Source: Felis catus (lineage: Eukaryota). Taken from it: DNA of 64,000 bases. The stretch covers positions 71,550,001-71,614,000 of the forward strand of contig NC_058368.1 in the NCBI RefSeq assembly GCF_018350175.1, written 5' to 3'. The notes under the pieces are model-generated. The model was not told the DNA's origin. It was given only the letters and a program-made list of their open reading frames with translations, and ran no database searches. Each line of letters begins with the position of its first letter. The first letter of the stretch is position 1. Positions 1-12,780 of this stretch are shown here, piece by piece. Position numbers and translations under genes: made by a program.

Positions 1-2936
1 ACTGTTTTTAATAAGCGGAATAATATCCTGCCTGCAGCATACAATTAAGTGTTGAAACAAAAGATACGCAGTGTTCTGCACATGTTGAACTCACTGTATT
101 TTCTCCATACACCGTAGCATCTCGTAGTGTGAAACATGCTGATCAAATAGAACTTTTTTTTTTTAATTTCTGTGAATATACTCTCTTCCTATAAAGCATT
201 CTTTTTAACTTCCAAAGAGGCTCTTCAGTTTTACTTTGAACAACTCAAATAGTCTTCCATTTCTTACAGTGTAATTTGTCTGGGATTTAATGTGTTGTTT
301 CTCGTTAGCGTTTTACATACAAGATTTTCGTTTTGCGTAGTCGCGTTGTTTGAACATTTGCGAGCAGAGCTGCCGACTAACTGGTATTGGCCGTTTCTTT
401 GTGTGGCATGATTTCTTCTCTCCACCTGCTCACAGCAGGTTGTCTACAGGCCTGAAGAGGAGCTAAATACTTTTGAAAATGTCTTGAGATCCCGCTAAGG
501 TCTAACAATCTCTGCGTTTGTGTGATGTGAAGCTATTCATGATGTAACCTTTGAAGGCTTTTTTTTTTTTAATTTCTCATATTCTTGCTTAAATATTTTC
601 AAGAGAAGATAAATTTATGATAAAGAACAGGAGAAAGCTGACTGCAGCACTAGCACATTCTACATTGAATAGGTCATTGATACTCAACTAAGTGGAACTA
701 ATTTTCTATGTTAAAGCAGACACATTTGGAATAGTGTCACACGAATGTCATGTTATTTACTACAGAATGCCAGATTAAATGGATTATTTGTGAATTGATT
801 GCAGTGTTAAATAGATTACATGACATGATAACTTAAAATGCTCAGTGGGCCTGTGTAATACAGAATATGATATAAGCACATGAACCTGAAGGAACGGCTC
901 TAATTGTGTTCGCAGATTGAATAACTATCTGTGGTACGTGTGCTTGCAAATGCTTGTGCAGAGTTTGAATAGAATTTAAAATTTTAAACTTAACTTTCTT
1001 TTCTCAAAGAAAATGAATTGATCCTCGTACCTCTTTGAGTAAGGAAAGTTAAAAATAAGCGGTTTTCTTTTTTTTTAGATGAAAGTAACAACCTCTGGGA
1101 ACAAACTTGGGGTACAATAAATGTGTAAATGTATACAGATGCTATATAAATGAATATAGATGCTAAAGTAAATATTTTAATGATATTTTAATTAGAAAAT
1201 TAAATGAAGGGGCTTCCTTGTTTGCTTATACTTTGCCAGTACCAAAAAAAGTGGATTTGGAAGTGATCATTTTATGTTTTTAGTCCCAAAATAAATGTTT
1301 TCCATGGGTTTTAGATGTTTCTCCCATCCCCTTAGAAGTAATTAGGTGTTATTTTGTACTATACACATGTGATTACTCTAGAGTTACCAAATGTAATATG
1401 GAACCATCTATTTAGGATGTATAGGATATATAAATATATAACCTAGAATAAGTGGAGGTTGGTATTTTTTTTCCAAAGAAGTAGGAAATAAGAGAGTAAT
1501 TATTAACCATCTCCTTTTCACACTGCTGAAAACATCAATTACAGTTACACATCTTAGAAACAAGCCTGCCAGGAGAACAGAAATAACTCCTTTCACTATG
1601 CTTCAAAAAATTTAATCACAATTTAACAGCTGGGATGTATTTACAACTATAATTTAAAATACTAATTTTGACACGTTTACCTGCTTTTGAAATGTAGTCT
1701 TAGAAGCTTAGTGGTTTTTTTTGTTTTGTTTTGGTTTGTTTTGGGTTTTTTGTTTGTTTGTTTTGTGTTTTTTTTTTTTTTTTGTCTCTAGTGGCATTAT
1801 GATTTGGAGTTGCTTTTAAATATTTACTATAATGGGAAAATGTCGTTCGGAATCTTCCCCCACTCCCCTCACGTATTCTTTTTCTCCTCTACTGTCTGTT
1901 TACTAGAAAATTGTATTTTAGTAGCTGCCAGAAGAAGAGAATTTTCAATAGTATAAACACTGATTGTAGTAAATGTGGAAAATAATACAGGCAGCCACAC
2001 TGGAGACCGATAAGACAAATCCCCCAGTAATGGCCTTTACAACATATTATCATGTTGGAAATCAGTGAGGGGAAAAGAAAACTATTACTATTTCTTCCTC
2101 TTACCGTTCAGTGAGATTACTTTTAAAGGTGAAATTGCTTCTGATTTTATTATACCAGGGAGATATTTTTGGAACATTTGTTATTTTGTGAATGTTTTGC
2201 CTTTTTTGAGTGAACAAACAGCCTTGCTAATTTGTATTTGGTTCTCACAAATGTTGAAGTCATTTTGATAATCAAAGTCTTCTTAAATATTCTTTTCTTT
2301 AAAGAAACAAAAAGGTGTGTATTTTGTAAATGTTGGAGTAGAGTATCAATATAAGAACAGAAGGAAATTTTTATCTAGCTATGAAGTACCACTTAAAATA
2401 GGAGAAAGGGTAAAATAAAAACTTGGAGAAAGTATTTTAATAGGGATGGAATATATTTCATGAAAATAAAAGTCTTAATTTTTATTTTATTCTACTTTTT
2501 GTTATTAGCTAATCAAATGGTCCGTTCCTATTTGCTTTGGCATGCCTCAGACTGTTTGTAAGGTCTGATACTTTGTTCTTGGTGAACTCTAAAACCTAAT
2601 TGTCTTAATTGTAAACTGTGGGAAAATTCTATATTCCTCTTTTGTATACAGAGATCAATCTCGGTGTGGATGAAATTTTTTTTCCCTATGTTTCATTTTA
2701 TCAGTCCTTATTGCTGAGCTGTATCAGATTTGGGCACTTCCTTTTTTCTCTCTCTTTCTCCTGTCATCGTCCCCCTCACAACATGTACAACATTTACTAC
2801 AGGGGGATGTAGATACCAAACATGTAAACACATAAATAACGTAATTAGTGTACGAAGAAGGTCGATAAAGGCTCTGAAACAGGATCATTCACAGAACGTA
2901 TGTAGAGGAGGTAGGGTGGTTAGAAAGTCATTTCCT

Positions 2937-3145
2937 GGAGCACCTGGGTGGCTCAGTCAGTAAAGTCTGACTTTGCCTCAGGTCATGATCTCAGCAGTTT
3001 GTGAGTTCAAGCACCATGTCAGGCTGTGTGCTGACAGCTCAGAGCCTAGAGCCTGATTCAGATTCTGTGTCTCCCTCTCTCTCTGCCCCTCCCCTGCACA
3101 CTATTCCTCTCTCAAAAATAAATAAACATTAAAAATTTTTTTAGA
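2937..3145 (+). mobile_element. Can-SINE (SINEC_Fc-like)
   Basis: ggagcacctgggtggctcagtc head, CT tract, AATAAA tail. Confidence 0.92.
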
Positions 3146-3169
3146 AAGGAAAAAAAGTAAAGTTTCTGA

Positions 3170-3581
3170 ATAGCTAACATTGAGTGAAGACCTTTGAGGA
3201 CAAGGGGGGGGGGCAACCGTGCAAAAATGAAAAGTGTGAAAGTCCCAAGTAGCAGAAATGGTAAATGCAAAGGCCCTGAGACAGGAACAAACTTGGTCTT
3301 TGCAGAGGCCTGAGGGAAGACCAGCATCTTGAGTGTAGCTTAGGAGAGTGCAAGAAGGAAGCAGGAACTAGACCATATAGAGCCTTCGTAGGCCAAAGAG
3401 TTTGGGTTTTATTCAGTTCCAACTGTGAAGCTTTTGAAGGGTTTTGAGTAGAGGAATGATGTGATGTGATTTAAAATCACTGCTCTGGGGACGATGGACC
3501 ACAGGGGACCAGTGGCAGAGGTAGGACAACCATTTTTATGACAATGTAGTCATGGAGGTGAGAGGAGCTGATGGCTTAGAC
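3170..3581 (-). mobile_element. L2 fragment (resumes after the hAT insertion)
   Basis: Purine-rich antisense L2 texture; continues at 5000. Confidence 0.6.
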
Positions 3582-4999
3582 CAGGAGTCGGCCAAATCCA
3601 GCCCACCGCCTGTTTTTGTATGGCTCACAAGTTGTGTGGTTATTTCATTTTTAAATGTTTGGAAAAAATTAAAAGGAGAATAATGCTTCATGACACATGG
3701 AAAGTATATGAGATTCAAATTTCAGCATCCACAAATACAGTTTTACCAGAATATAGCCACAATCATTTGTTTTTATTTGCTGTGACTGCTTGTAGAATTT
3801 TTAAGTAAAACCTTAATGTCCCAGTTTTCCAGCTATCTCACAGCAGTTCAATTGGCTTAGCAGTGGTAAAATTTATTGTGATTTTTTTTTTTTTTAGCGC
3901 AGAACCAAGACTTACACGTTCCTAAACAAGAAGAACCACTCTCAGCCACTGTTATCAAACATCGGATAGCTTTGAAAATTAGTTCATGCTGTAGATTTGA
4001 TGTTTATTAATGAATTCAACCTGAAATTGTAAGACAAAACAGCACTTACATACAAAATTTATACTGTGGTAACATTATTTGGACAACAACTAACATTTGA
4101 ATCACAGTTAATGTCCAGCAGCTTTTTTTGTTTGTTTGTTTATTTATTTATTTATTTATTTTTGAGAGAGAGAGACAGAGCATGAGCAGGGGCAGGACAG
4201 AGAGAGAGGGAGACACAGAATCCGAAGCAGGCTCCAGGCTCTGAACTGTCAGCATAGAGCCCGATGTGGGCCTCGAACTTGTGAACCTCGAGATCATGAC
4301 CTGAGTCAAAGTCAGATGCTTAACTGACTGAGCCACCCAGGCTCCCTTGTCTAGCTGCTTTTTACACTTCCCAGGCTGTCAGAAGATTAAAATAAGAAGT
4401 GAACTAGCTTCAGCAGCAGTTTTCAAACGTCAGTGCAAGAGCAAAGGAAATTTCCATATGTGAAAATCCATTTCACTGTACAATTGAGGATCTTCCACTC
4501 AGCCTAAAAGTGGAAGTGATCAAACTGCAATGTAATGTTAGGCTGATGGCGAATATCAAGAGAGGAATTTAACAAAATTCTATAAATCCCTTCCAAGCAA
4601 CGACTATGCTCAAGTAATATCCCTTACCCATGGATTATTGTTAGTATTTGGCAGTACCTGTCTCTGGGAAAAGGTATCGTCAAAGATGAAATCAGTAAAA
4701 TCTCACTGTAGGTCAGCATTAAACAGTTGTATAATTGCCATTGACTTTGGTGATAGGGAACACTAACTTTGAGCCCCAATTAAACAGAATTTTATCTCTA
4801 AATAAGAGAAGTCCATTTTCCGTATTAGTATTAGCAAAAACTGGTGCTTATTATATTTGGAATGTTGTCCCCCCAAAAGTTGTGAAAATCTGTTTTCTCT
4901 CTTGTTCTCTAACTAGCTACATAATACCTTCAATTTTGCCTCACAAAGCCTAAAAGGTTTACTGTATGACTCTTTACGGAAGGAGTTTGCCAGTCCTTG
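3582..4999 (+). mobile_element. hAT-Charlie DNA transposon, Cheshire/MER58 family, internally deleted, with transposase remnant
   Basis: MER58-type ends caggagtcggc.. and ..agtttgccagtccttg; 8-bp TSD gcttagac/gattagac; 4641-4724 reads LVFGSTCLWEKVSSKMKSVKSHCRSALN (hAT C-terminal dimerisation motif). Confidence 0.82.
4128..4346 (-). mobile_element. Can-SINE inside the Cheshire element
   Basis: TSD tgtccagcagcttttt/tgtctagctgcttttt. Confidence 0.93.
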
Positions 5000-5390
5000 G
5001 ATTAGACTAAGATGGTAGCGGTAGAGATGGTGAGAAGTGAACTGATTTGACATCTAATTGGGTAGGAAGGCAGCAAGGATCCACAGGTTCAGATACTTGA
5101 GTGTGAAGGAAGTTAAAGAATGAAGGGGTAAGCGACCGAGTGAACAATGGTCTTACTTAGGTCGGGCGGTGGGGGTGGGGGCGGGGGTGGTTAGGAGAGG
5201 AACAGGTTTGGAGAGGCAAATCAGTAATTCTTTTTGGACTTGGTAGGTTTAACATGTACATTACATATCCAAGTGTTGATGTCCAGTTAACTATTGACTG
5301 TGTGAGCCTTGAACTCAGACGACAAATGGGAGTTGAAAACATAAATTCTGTAGTCATAAGCCTGTAGATTTTCTCTCAAAGCATGGATCT
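5000..5390 (-). mobile_element. L2 fragment
   Basis: gatggtagcggtagagatggtgagaagtg..aatcagtaattctttttggac, antisense L2-like. Confidence 0.6.
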
Positions 5391-5392
5391 GC

Positions 5393-6617
5393 CACAAACG
5401 AAAGGATGAAATTGGATCTGTATCTTACACCATAAACACAAATTAGCTTAAATGGATTAAAGACCTAAATGTAAGACTTAAAACCATGAAACTCCTGGAA
5501 GAAAATGGAGGCCAAAATCTTCATGACACTGGACTTGAGAATGATTTCTTGGATATAATACCAAAGTCATAGGCAACAAAGACAAAGACAGATGGGACTA
5601 CATCAAACTAAAAAAACGTTTGTGCATCAAAGGACACAGCAGAGTGAAAAGGCATCCTACAGAATGGGAGAAAATATTTGCAAATCATAAATCTGATAAG
5701 GGGTTAATATCTAGAATACATAAAGAACTCCCACAACCTAAAAAAAAAAAACACCTGATTTAAAAATGGACAAAGGGCTTAAATAGACATTTCTCCATGA
5801 TGATATACAAACAGACAATAAGCATATGGAAATGTGTTCAATATCACTAACCATCCTAGAAGTGTAAATCAAAATGACAATGAGATATCATTTCATATCC
5901 ATTAGGATGGCTACTACCAAAAACAACAACAACACACCCAGAAAACAATAGGTGTTGGTGAGAACATGGAGAAATTAAAATACTTGTGCATTGTTGGTAG
6001 AAGTGTAAAATGGCACAACTTGAAAACAGTATGAGGGTTCCTCAGAATATTAAGAATAATACTACCATATGGTCCAGCAATCTCACTTCTAGATATATAT
6101 CTGAAAGAATTGAAAGCAGGGTCTTAAAGGGGTATTTGCATACCCCAGTTCATTGCAGCATTATTTAGGATAGCCAGGAGGTAGAAGCCACCAAAATGTT
6201 CATCGGCAGATGTATGGACAAATAAAATGTGGTATATACATACAGTGAAATGATTTACAGCCGTAAGAAGGAAAGAAATCCTGTCACATGCTGCAACATG
6301 ATTAAACCTTGAGAACATTATGCTGAATGAAATAAACCAGGCAAGAAAAGACAAATACTGTATGATTCCGCTTAGATGGGGCACCTAAAGCAGTTGAATT
6401 CATCGAAACAGAAAGTAGAATGGTGGTTACCAGGGACCACAGGGAAGGGAAAGGGAGTGTTGTTGTTTAGTGGGAATAGAATTTCAGATTTGCAAGATGA
6501 GAAAGTTCTGAAGATCTGTTTCACAACAGCGTAAATATACTTAACACTACTGAACTGTATACTTTCAAATTGGTTAAAAGGGTAAATTTTGTCATGTTTT
6601 TTACTATAAAAAAAAAA
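5393..6617 (+). mobile_element. LINE-1 (L1MB/L1MA-like) ORF2 3' end and 3'UTR
   Basis: atggattaaagacctaaatgtaagac..gaatgggagaaaatatttgcaaatc..; ends in poly(A). Confidence 0.9.
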
Positions 6618-6619
6618 GA

Positions 6620-7340
6620 TGCTGTTCACTGAAAAATCATAGGAGCCAAAGCAATTTTTAAAGTATTTTTTTTTCCAACGTTTATTTATTTTTGGGACAG
6701 AGAGAGAGAGAGAGAGAGCATGAACGGGGGAGGGGCAGAGAGAGAGGGAGACACAGAATCGGAAACAGCCTCCAGGCTCTGAGCCATCAGCCCAGAGCCT
6801 GACGCGGGCTCGAACTCACGGACCGCGAGATCGTGACCTGGCTGAAGTCGGACGCTTAACCGACTGCGCCACCCAGGCGCCCCTATTTTTAAAAAGAAAT
6901 ACAAAGTTGGGAGAATTATGCAACCTGATTTCAAGACTAACTATGAAACAGCAGTGTCGAGACAGTGTGGCATTGGTAGTTAGATATGTAGAACAGAAGA
7001 AAGTATAGTAGATCCGCATATAGATGATCAATTAATTTTTGGCAAAAGTGCTAAGGACTTTTAATGTGAAATTCTCTTAAACGGTACTCAAACAGCTGTA
7101 TGTCCATTTTGGTGAATAAAATGATCTTGTGCATTAGACACTAGATCAATGGTGGCCTGGGGGGCAAGGACCAGGATTGGAGTGTAAATGGGCAGGAAGA
7201 ACATTTTGGAGGTGTTGGAAATGTTCTCTGTGTTGATTGTGGTGGTGATTTCTCAAAATTGTCAAAAGTCACTGAATTCTATTCTTTAAATAGAATGCAA
7301 TCTTTTGTACCTAAATTATGCTTCAGTGAAATTGATTTGT
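6620..7340 (+). mobile_element. Older LINE-1 fragments (L1MD/L1ME-like), interrupted by a SINE
   Basis: agccaaagcaatttt..aaagttgggagaattatgcaacctgatttcaagact; 3'UTR piece at 7140-7340. Confidence 0.65.
6664..6883 (-). mobile_element. Young felid Can-SINE (SINEC_Fc1-like)
   Basis: gggcgcctgggtggcgcagtcggttaagcgtccgacttcagccaggtcacgatctcgcgg on the minus strand; CpGs intact. Confidence 0.95.
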
Positions 7341-7344
7341 TTTA

Positions 7345-8060
7345 AGATGGGCATCAGGATTGGGAGGAAGAGATGAGATTACACAGGGGAAGAGCATGAT
7401 GGAAAAGAGAAGAGAGCTGAGGACTGGGCCCTGGGGGCACTCCTGCAGGTAGAAATTGAATGAAGAGGTGAAGCTAGCAAAGAAGGCTAAGAAACAGCTG
7501 CCAAGGAAGTAGGAGATAAACTAGGGGCATGGATATCCTTGAAGCCAGTGAAAGAATTGTGTTTGGGAAAGAGAATCATTGACTGTTTGTAGTGTTGCTG
7601 GGTAAGATGAGGACAAAACCGACTGATAGGTAAAGCAACATGGAAATCATAGGTGATCTTGATGAGAATGATTACAGATGAATAGTGGGGGGGGGAAGCA
7701 AATGGAAATGAGTTCAAAGGAGAATGGAAAGTGACAAAGCAGAGACCAGGAAGAGAGACAACATTTTAAGGAGATTGGCTTTAAAGGAGAAATGGGGGGG
7801 CCCTGGGTGGCTCAGTCAGTTAAGTGGCCGACTTCGGGTCAGGTCATGATCTCACGGTCCGTGAGTTTGAGCCCCGCGTCGGGCTCTGTGCTGACAGCTC
7901 AGAGCCTGGAGCCTGCTTCGGATTCTGTGTCTCCCTCTCTCTCTGACCCTCCCCTGTTCATGCTCTGTCTCTCTCTGTCTCAAAAATAAATAAACGTTAA
8001 AAAAAAATTAAAAAAAAATAAAGGAGAAATGGGATAGTAGCTTGAGGGAAATGTCTGTAG
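7345..8060 (-). mobile_element. L2 fragment containing a SINE
   Basis: gagaagagagctgaggactgggccctggggg..gtaaagcaacatggaaatcataggtgatcttg. Confidence 0.65.
7796..8018 (+). mobile_element. Can-SINE (SINEC_Fc)
   Basis: Perfect TSD taaaggagaaatgg. Confidence 0.95.
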
Positions 8061-8069
8061 AATATTTTT

Positions 8070-8905
8070 TTTTATTCTTTGCATTTTACTTCTTGAAGGA
8101 ACAGGATGGTTTCTCCTATACAATTTTCCATGGTCAGAATTTAGCTGATTGCATTCCAGTGGTATGGATTAACATGTCCTCTCTCCTTTGTTTTCTAGAA
8201 ATTGATATTTGGATCTAGAGGAGCAATCAGATTCAGGTGCCATTATCTTTGGCAGGACTGAGTCATAAATGCTGTGGTGTGCCTCTGGAAGAGGCACATA
8301 CTGTCTGCTTACTTCTCTGTTGATGCTCAAGCTTCAATCAATAAATTCGTTAAGGTTTACAAAACAATGATATTCCATTGTTGTCATTTCTTTAAATTTA
8401 TTACCAGGATTAATTCTTTAAAGAGAAGCTCTACCTCTCCTACTTCTTGGGTTATCCAGCAGATCAGTTTTCATAGAAAAGGCAAGACAAATGCTGGATC
8501 CTTTCCTTTTACTTCCCAGTTCCCAAAGACTTGGTTCCCTATCGTTCTCCAAAAGTGACTCACTTAGGGTGTTATTTTGTTTTTGTTTCCAGTATCTGTT
8601 TTGAAGTCATGGGTTTAAACATACTTGGCTTTACTCCATTGCAGTTATAACCTTAGTGATGGTCAGATTTTGCCATCTTTGGCCAGGGACTCTTCTTCAG
8701 GTTGGCTTCTAAGTCCCTTTCGTGTGACTCCCCCCGTCTTTGATAGCCCCCTTGCTTTCTGAAATGATAAGATGTAGCAGCCTCATTTCTGCCTCAAACC
8801 AGGGCTAAGCTGTTCTGCCAAGAAGCCTTGATTTCCTGGAGTGGGAAACGGTATTTGTAGGCAACATTTGGGGTGCTAGGGACATTTGTTGCCACTGGGC
8901 CTCTT
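8070..8905 (-). mobile_element. Old LINE-1 3' region (L1MC-like)
   Basis: Antisense L1MC-like 3'UTR texture. Confidence 0.55.
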
Positions 8906-9759
8906 CAGTGTTTCTGGAGAAGACTCAGAAACCATGCCACCACTGCCATCTTCCCAGAGTATAAGGGCCATACTTTTCAATCAGAAAATTTCTCATTCTC
9001 AACAGCCGTTATGATTGATACTGTTGCTGCCTTACAGTAATTAATTGTGCTGCTTCTGTCCTGGTAAATATGGACTGGATTCTGGATCTCTGCCTTGAGC
9101 TTCTGAGGAAGGAAGATTTAGCTACTGCGGGGATGAGTCCTGGGCTGATAGTAATGGCGACGCTTGCACTGAGTGTTTTCCTCCCTACTCTTAAAATCTC
9201 AGCAGTGCGGAAGTCAGCGTATTATTGGACTGCCTATCCTCACTCTATCACACGCCTTTCCCTAATTTCTTGGCAGCTACACTTCTAACTCTCCCTAGCT
9301 AAAATTTCCACTAGACAGTTGAAGATTGAGAGATCTGTAGGTCACTGTTCTCTTTCATAGTATGAAAAAAATTCAGAATTCTTGATGAAGATTGATTTAA
9401 ATCTTTTCCATTTCTGCAGCACTGACTTGCATGCTGTTGGGATTAAGGAGGAAATGCTAGAAATGGTCCTTGTCCTTAAAGGACCCACCATCTAAGTGAT
9501 GATTTAGCCTGATGTTGTAGAGATATTCCATCCCACATAGTGGGGATATCCAAACCTTGCACAACTGCTTGGATTGGGATTCTTATTTTCCTAGTGCAAT
9601 ATAGGCATCCCTGTACCTTTGATTTCCTCATAAGTAAAACAAGATGAAGATTTTGAGATCTGTTTGCTTTCCAAATTCTAAGTTTCTGTGAATGAAACAG
9701 GCTTAGTTCTATTGTTGGGTTTACCTCTAGCATTGGAGCCCTACTAACCTGGTGATTGC

Positions 9760-10440
9760 TACCTGCTGCCTTTTCCTTGTGCTCCCAGCCCACCTCCTTC
9801 TCCATTCCGGTGTACCCTCAACCTCCCATTAGACCATCAGTCTTTCTAAAACAAACATGTTACTCCTCAGTTTTTAAGTATAAGAACTTCGTAAAGTATG
9901 ACTCTGTGCAGGATGGGACTTGGCTCCCTAATTTCTTCTTGGTTTCCTTTCTTGCCCCTTCCCTCCATCAACCAAACCTATCTCTGGTCATACTGGACTG
10001 TTCACCATGCCTTAAAATCACCGTGCTTCTTCTTAATCTGAAATTTGCATAAACAGTCCCATCTGACCAAAAGTGTTTCATTTATTACCCTTTTGGAGAA
10101 TGCTTGCTCATTTTTGAATACCCAACTCTAATGTGTATCTGCAAGTCTTCCTTAACCTTTCTGGGCATTTAGCTAGTCTGGCCTCTTATCCTATAATACT
10201 TTGTACATTTTGTACTATGGATTTATCATATTGAATTATAATTTATTTTATTTATTATTTTTTAATGTAATCTCTATCCCCAGTGTGGGTCTCAAACTCA
10301 TGACCCAGAGATCGACTCACGTGCTCTACCAACAGAGCCAACCAGACGCCCCTATGATTTCTTTTCAAATTCTCTTCTTTCATTTGGTCTCCCAGAGGAT
10401 GATTCTTAATTCAACTAGCAGTGCTCAACTCAATATAGTG
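9760..10440 (+). mobile_element. Degenerate L2 3' region containing a short SINE
   Basis: Pyrimidine-rich L2 texture ending in a GATG-like tail. Confidence 0.45.
10245..10352 (-). mobile_element. Short old Can-SINE (tRNA head plus tail only)
   Basis: tgtaatctctatccccagtgtgggtctcaaactc..agccaaccagacgcccc. Confidence 0.85.
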
Positions 10441-10485
10441 GATGGATGGATGGATGGATGGATGGATGGATGGATGGGTGGATGA
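10439..10485 (+). repeat. (GGAT)n microsatellite
   Basis: Visible. Confidence 0.95.
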
Positions 10486-10970
10486 CCAAAGTACAAGTGC
10501 CGGTGTCAGAACCCATGATTCAAGACTCAGTTTTTAATCCCTTAGGACATTGAGGGAAATAAATTAGTTTATTTCATTCTGTATTATTTCTCTTTTTGTC
10601 TTTATTAAGTTATGTATGTCCATTTGGAAGAATAGGAATAATAGGTAAGCCAAAAAGAAAGGCCAACTAATATCTTCCACCCAGAAATAATAGTTGACTG
10701 TTCTATGTGCATTATTTGTGCTAGAATTTTATCTTGAACATATAGAAGCTTTTAACATGATGTATTCTGAACATACCATTTTGAGTTTTTTGCACTTAGA
10801 AATATACTATAAACATTTTTCATGTCTCAAATTTTTTAATGGCTGCATGGATTATATCATAATTTATTTAACCAGTTTGTTTTATTTATCATTTAGATTG
10901 CTTGAAATTTTTAGATTCTGGAAACTGCACTACAGTGTCATTTTTGTAGCTGTGGGTTTTTTTGTGTGGG

Positions 10971-10998
10971 GTGTGTGTGTGTGTGTGTGTGTGTGTGT
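10971..10998 (+). repeat. (TG)n microsatellite
   Basis: Visible. Confidence 0.95.
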
Positions 10999-11105
10999 TT
11001 CCTATTCATGACTTTTTCCCTTAGGATAAGTTCTTAGAAGTGAAATTAATGGATAAAAATAGGGATTTTGAGTTTTCTCCACCTTGAGTGTGCTGGTCAG
11101 ATAGC

Positions 11106-11311
11106 TTTTTTTTTTTTTTTTAATATTTATTTCAGAGAGAGAGAGAGAGAGACAGCACGAGTGGGGAAGGGGCAGAATGATAGGGAAACACATAATCTAA
11201 GGCAGGCTCCAGGCTCTGAGCTGTCAGCACAGACCCTGACATGGGGCTCAGACTTGGGTTCATGACCTGAGCTGAAGTCGGACGCTTAACTGACTGAGCC
11301 ACCCAGGCACC
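11106..11311 (-). mobile_element. Can-SINE
   Basis: Poly(T), GA tract, ..ctgagccacccaggcacc. Confidence 0.93.
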
Positions 11312-11500
11312 ATCAGATATTGTGTTGAGTCACTGGGAGCAATATTTACAGGTGGTGTAACCAGTTGTCATTGTACACTGAACTACTTTCTTTCTTATTG
11401 ATCTAACTTCCCTCAATCAAGGACCCAAGGGCTCAGCTTGAATTCTGGAGATTTGCTCTGGGTTTTATGACTTGGGTGATCTTAAAGATTGGAACTCGTA

Positions 11501-11722
11501 GGGGGTCCCTGGGTGGCTTGGTCGGGTAAGCATCTGACTCCAGCTAGGGTCATGATCTCCTGATCTGTAACTTTGAGCCCCACGTCGGGCTCTGTGCTGA
11601 CAGCTCAGAGCCTGGAGCCTGCTTCGGATTCTGTGTCTCCCTCTCTGCCCCTCCCCTGCTCATGCTCTGTCTCTCTCTTTCTGTCTCAAAAATAAACAAA
11701 CATTAAAAATATTGTTTAAAAA
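11501..11722 (+). mobile_element. Can-SINE
   Basis: Degenerate TSD aagattggaactcgta/aaaattggaattggta. Confidence 0.93.
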
Positions 11723-12213
11723 AAAATTGGAATTGGTAAACCTGCACTTGTTAAAAAGGAATACTATTAGGATATGTCTGTAATAGTTCACGGCATGGAG
11801 TTGATTGATGGCCACTACTCCTTCGAGGGCCACATCTGGGAACTTTAAAAAAAATGTATAGCTACATAGTTAGAATTGCTTTATTTTTTTGTGTGGTCTT
11901 TGAAGCCACTGGGCCCTCTCTGAGTAGCACAGGGAAGAAAGAATTTTTAAGAACATGTTAGGAATAACACAGCAGTTTTATGGGTGAGAATTACTTGAAA
12001 AAGAAAGAGGTGTAATTTACTTTTCGTGAACTATTTAGTCATCATTTCTAGCAAACTAAAATTCAAACAAGATATGCATAAATCATACTGTATTCATTTT
12101 GAACTTATGTTATTTACAAATAAATGCATACCATAGAGGTGCTTTTTGACTACTCTCTGGCCATAGAAGAATTGTGTTGTCCCTCTTGTCATTTTAAACA
12201 AATGCTAACTTAC

Positions 12214-12399
12214 TTTTTATAACAAGTTTATTGAGATAGAATTCACATACCACAAGGTTCACCTAGAGTGCACAAGTCAGTGTTTTTTATTTTCATCACA
12301 GAGTTGTGCAGTAGTCACCACAGGCAATTGTAGGACATTTCCACCAATGTGGAAAGAAACCCCATACTAATTAGCGGTCATTTCTTATTTCCTTCTAGT

Positions 12400-12402
<3 letters not shown>
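12214..12402 (-). mobile_element. L1MB-like LINE-1 3' end (left half of a split element)
   Basis: tttattgagatagaattcacataccac...agaaaccccatactaattagcggtca resembles an antisense L1MB 3'UTR. Confidence 0.8.

Positions 12403-12778
<376 letters not shown>

Positions 12779-12780
<2 letters not shown>

Noticed and set aside
1060..1140. Strong-looking acceptor tttttttttag|ATG
   Set aside because: No good downstream donor and no PCCA-like peptide
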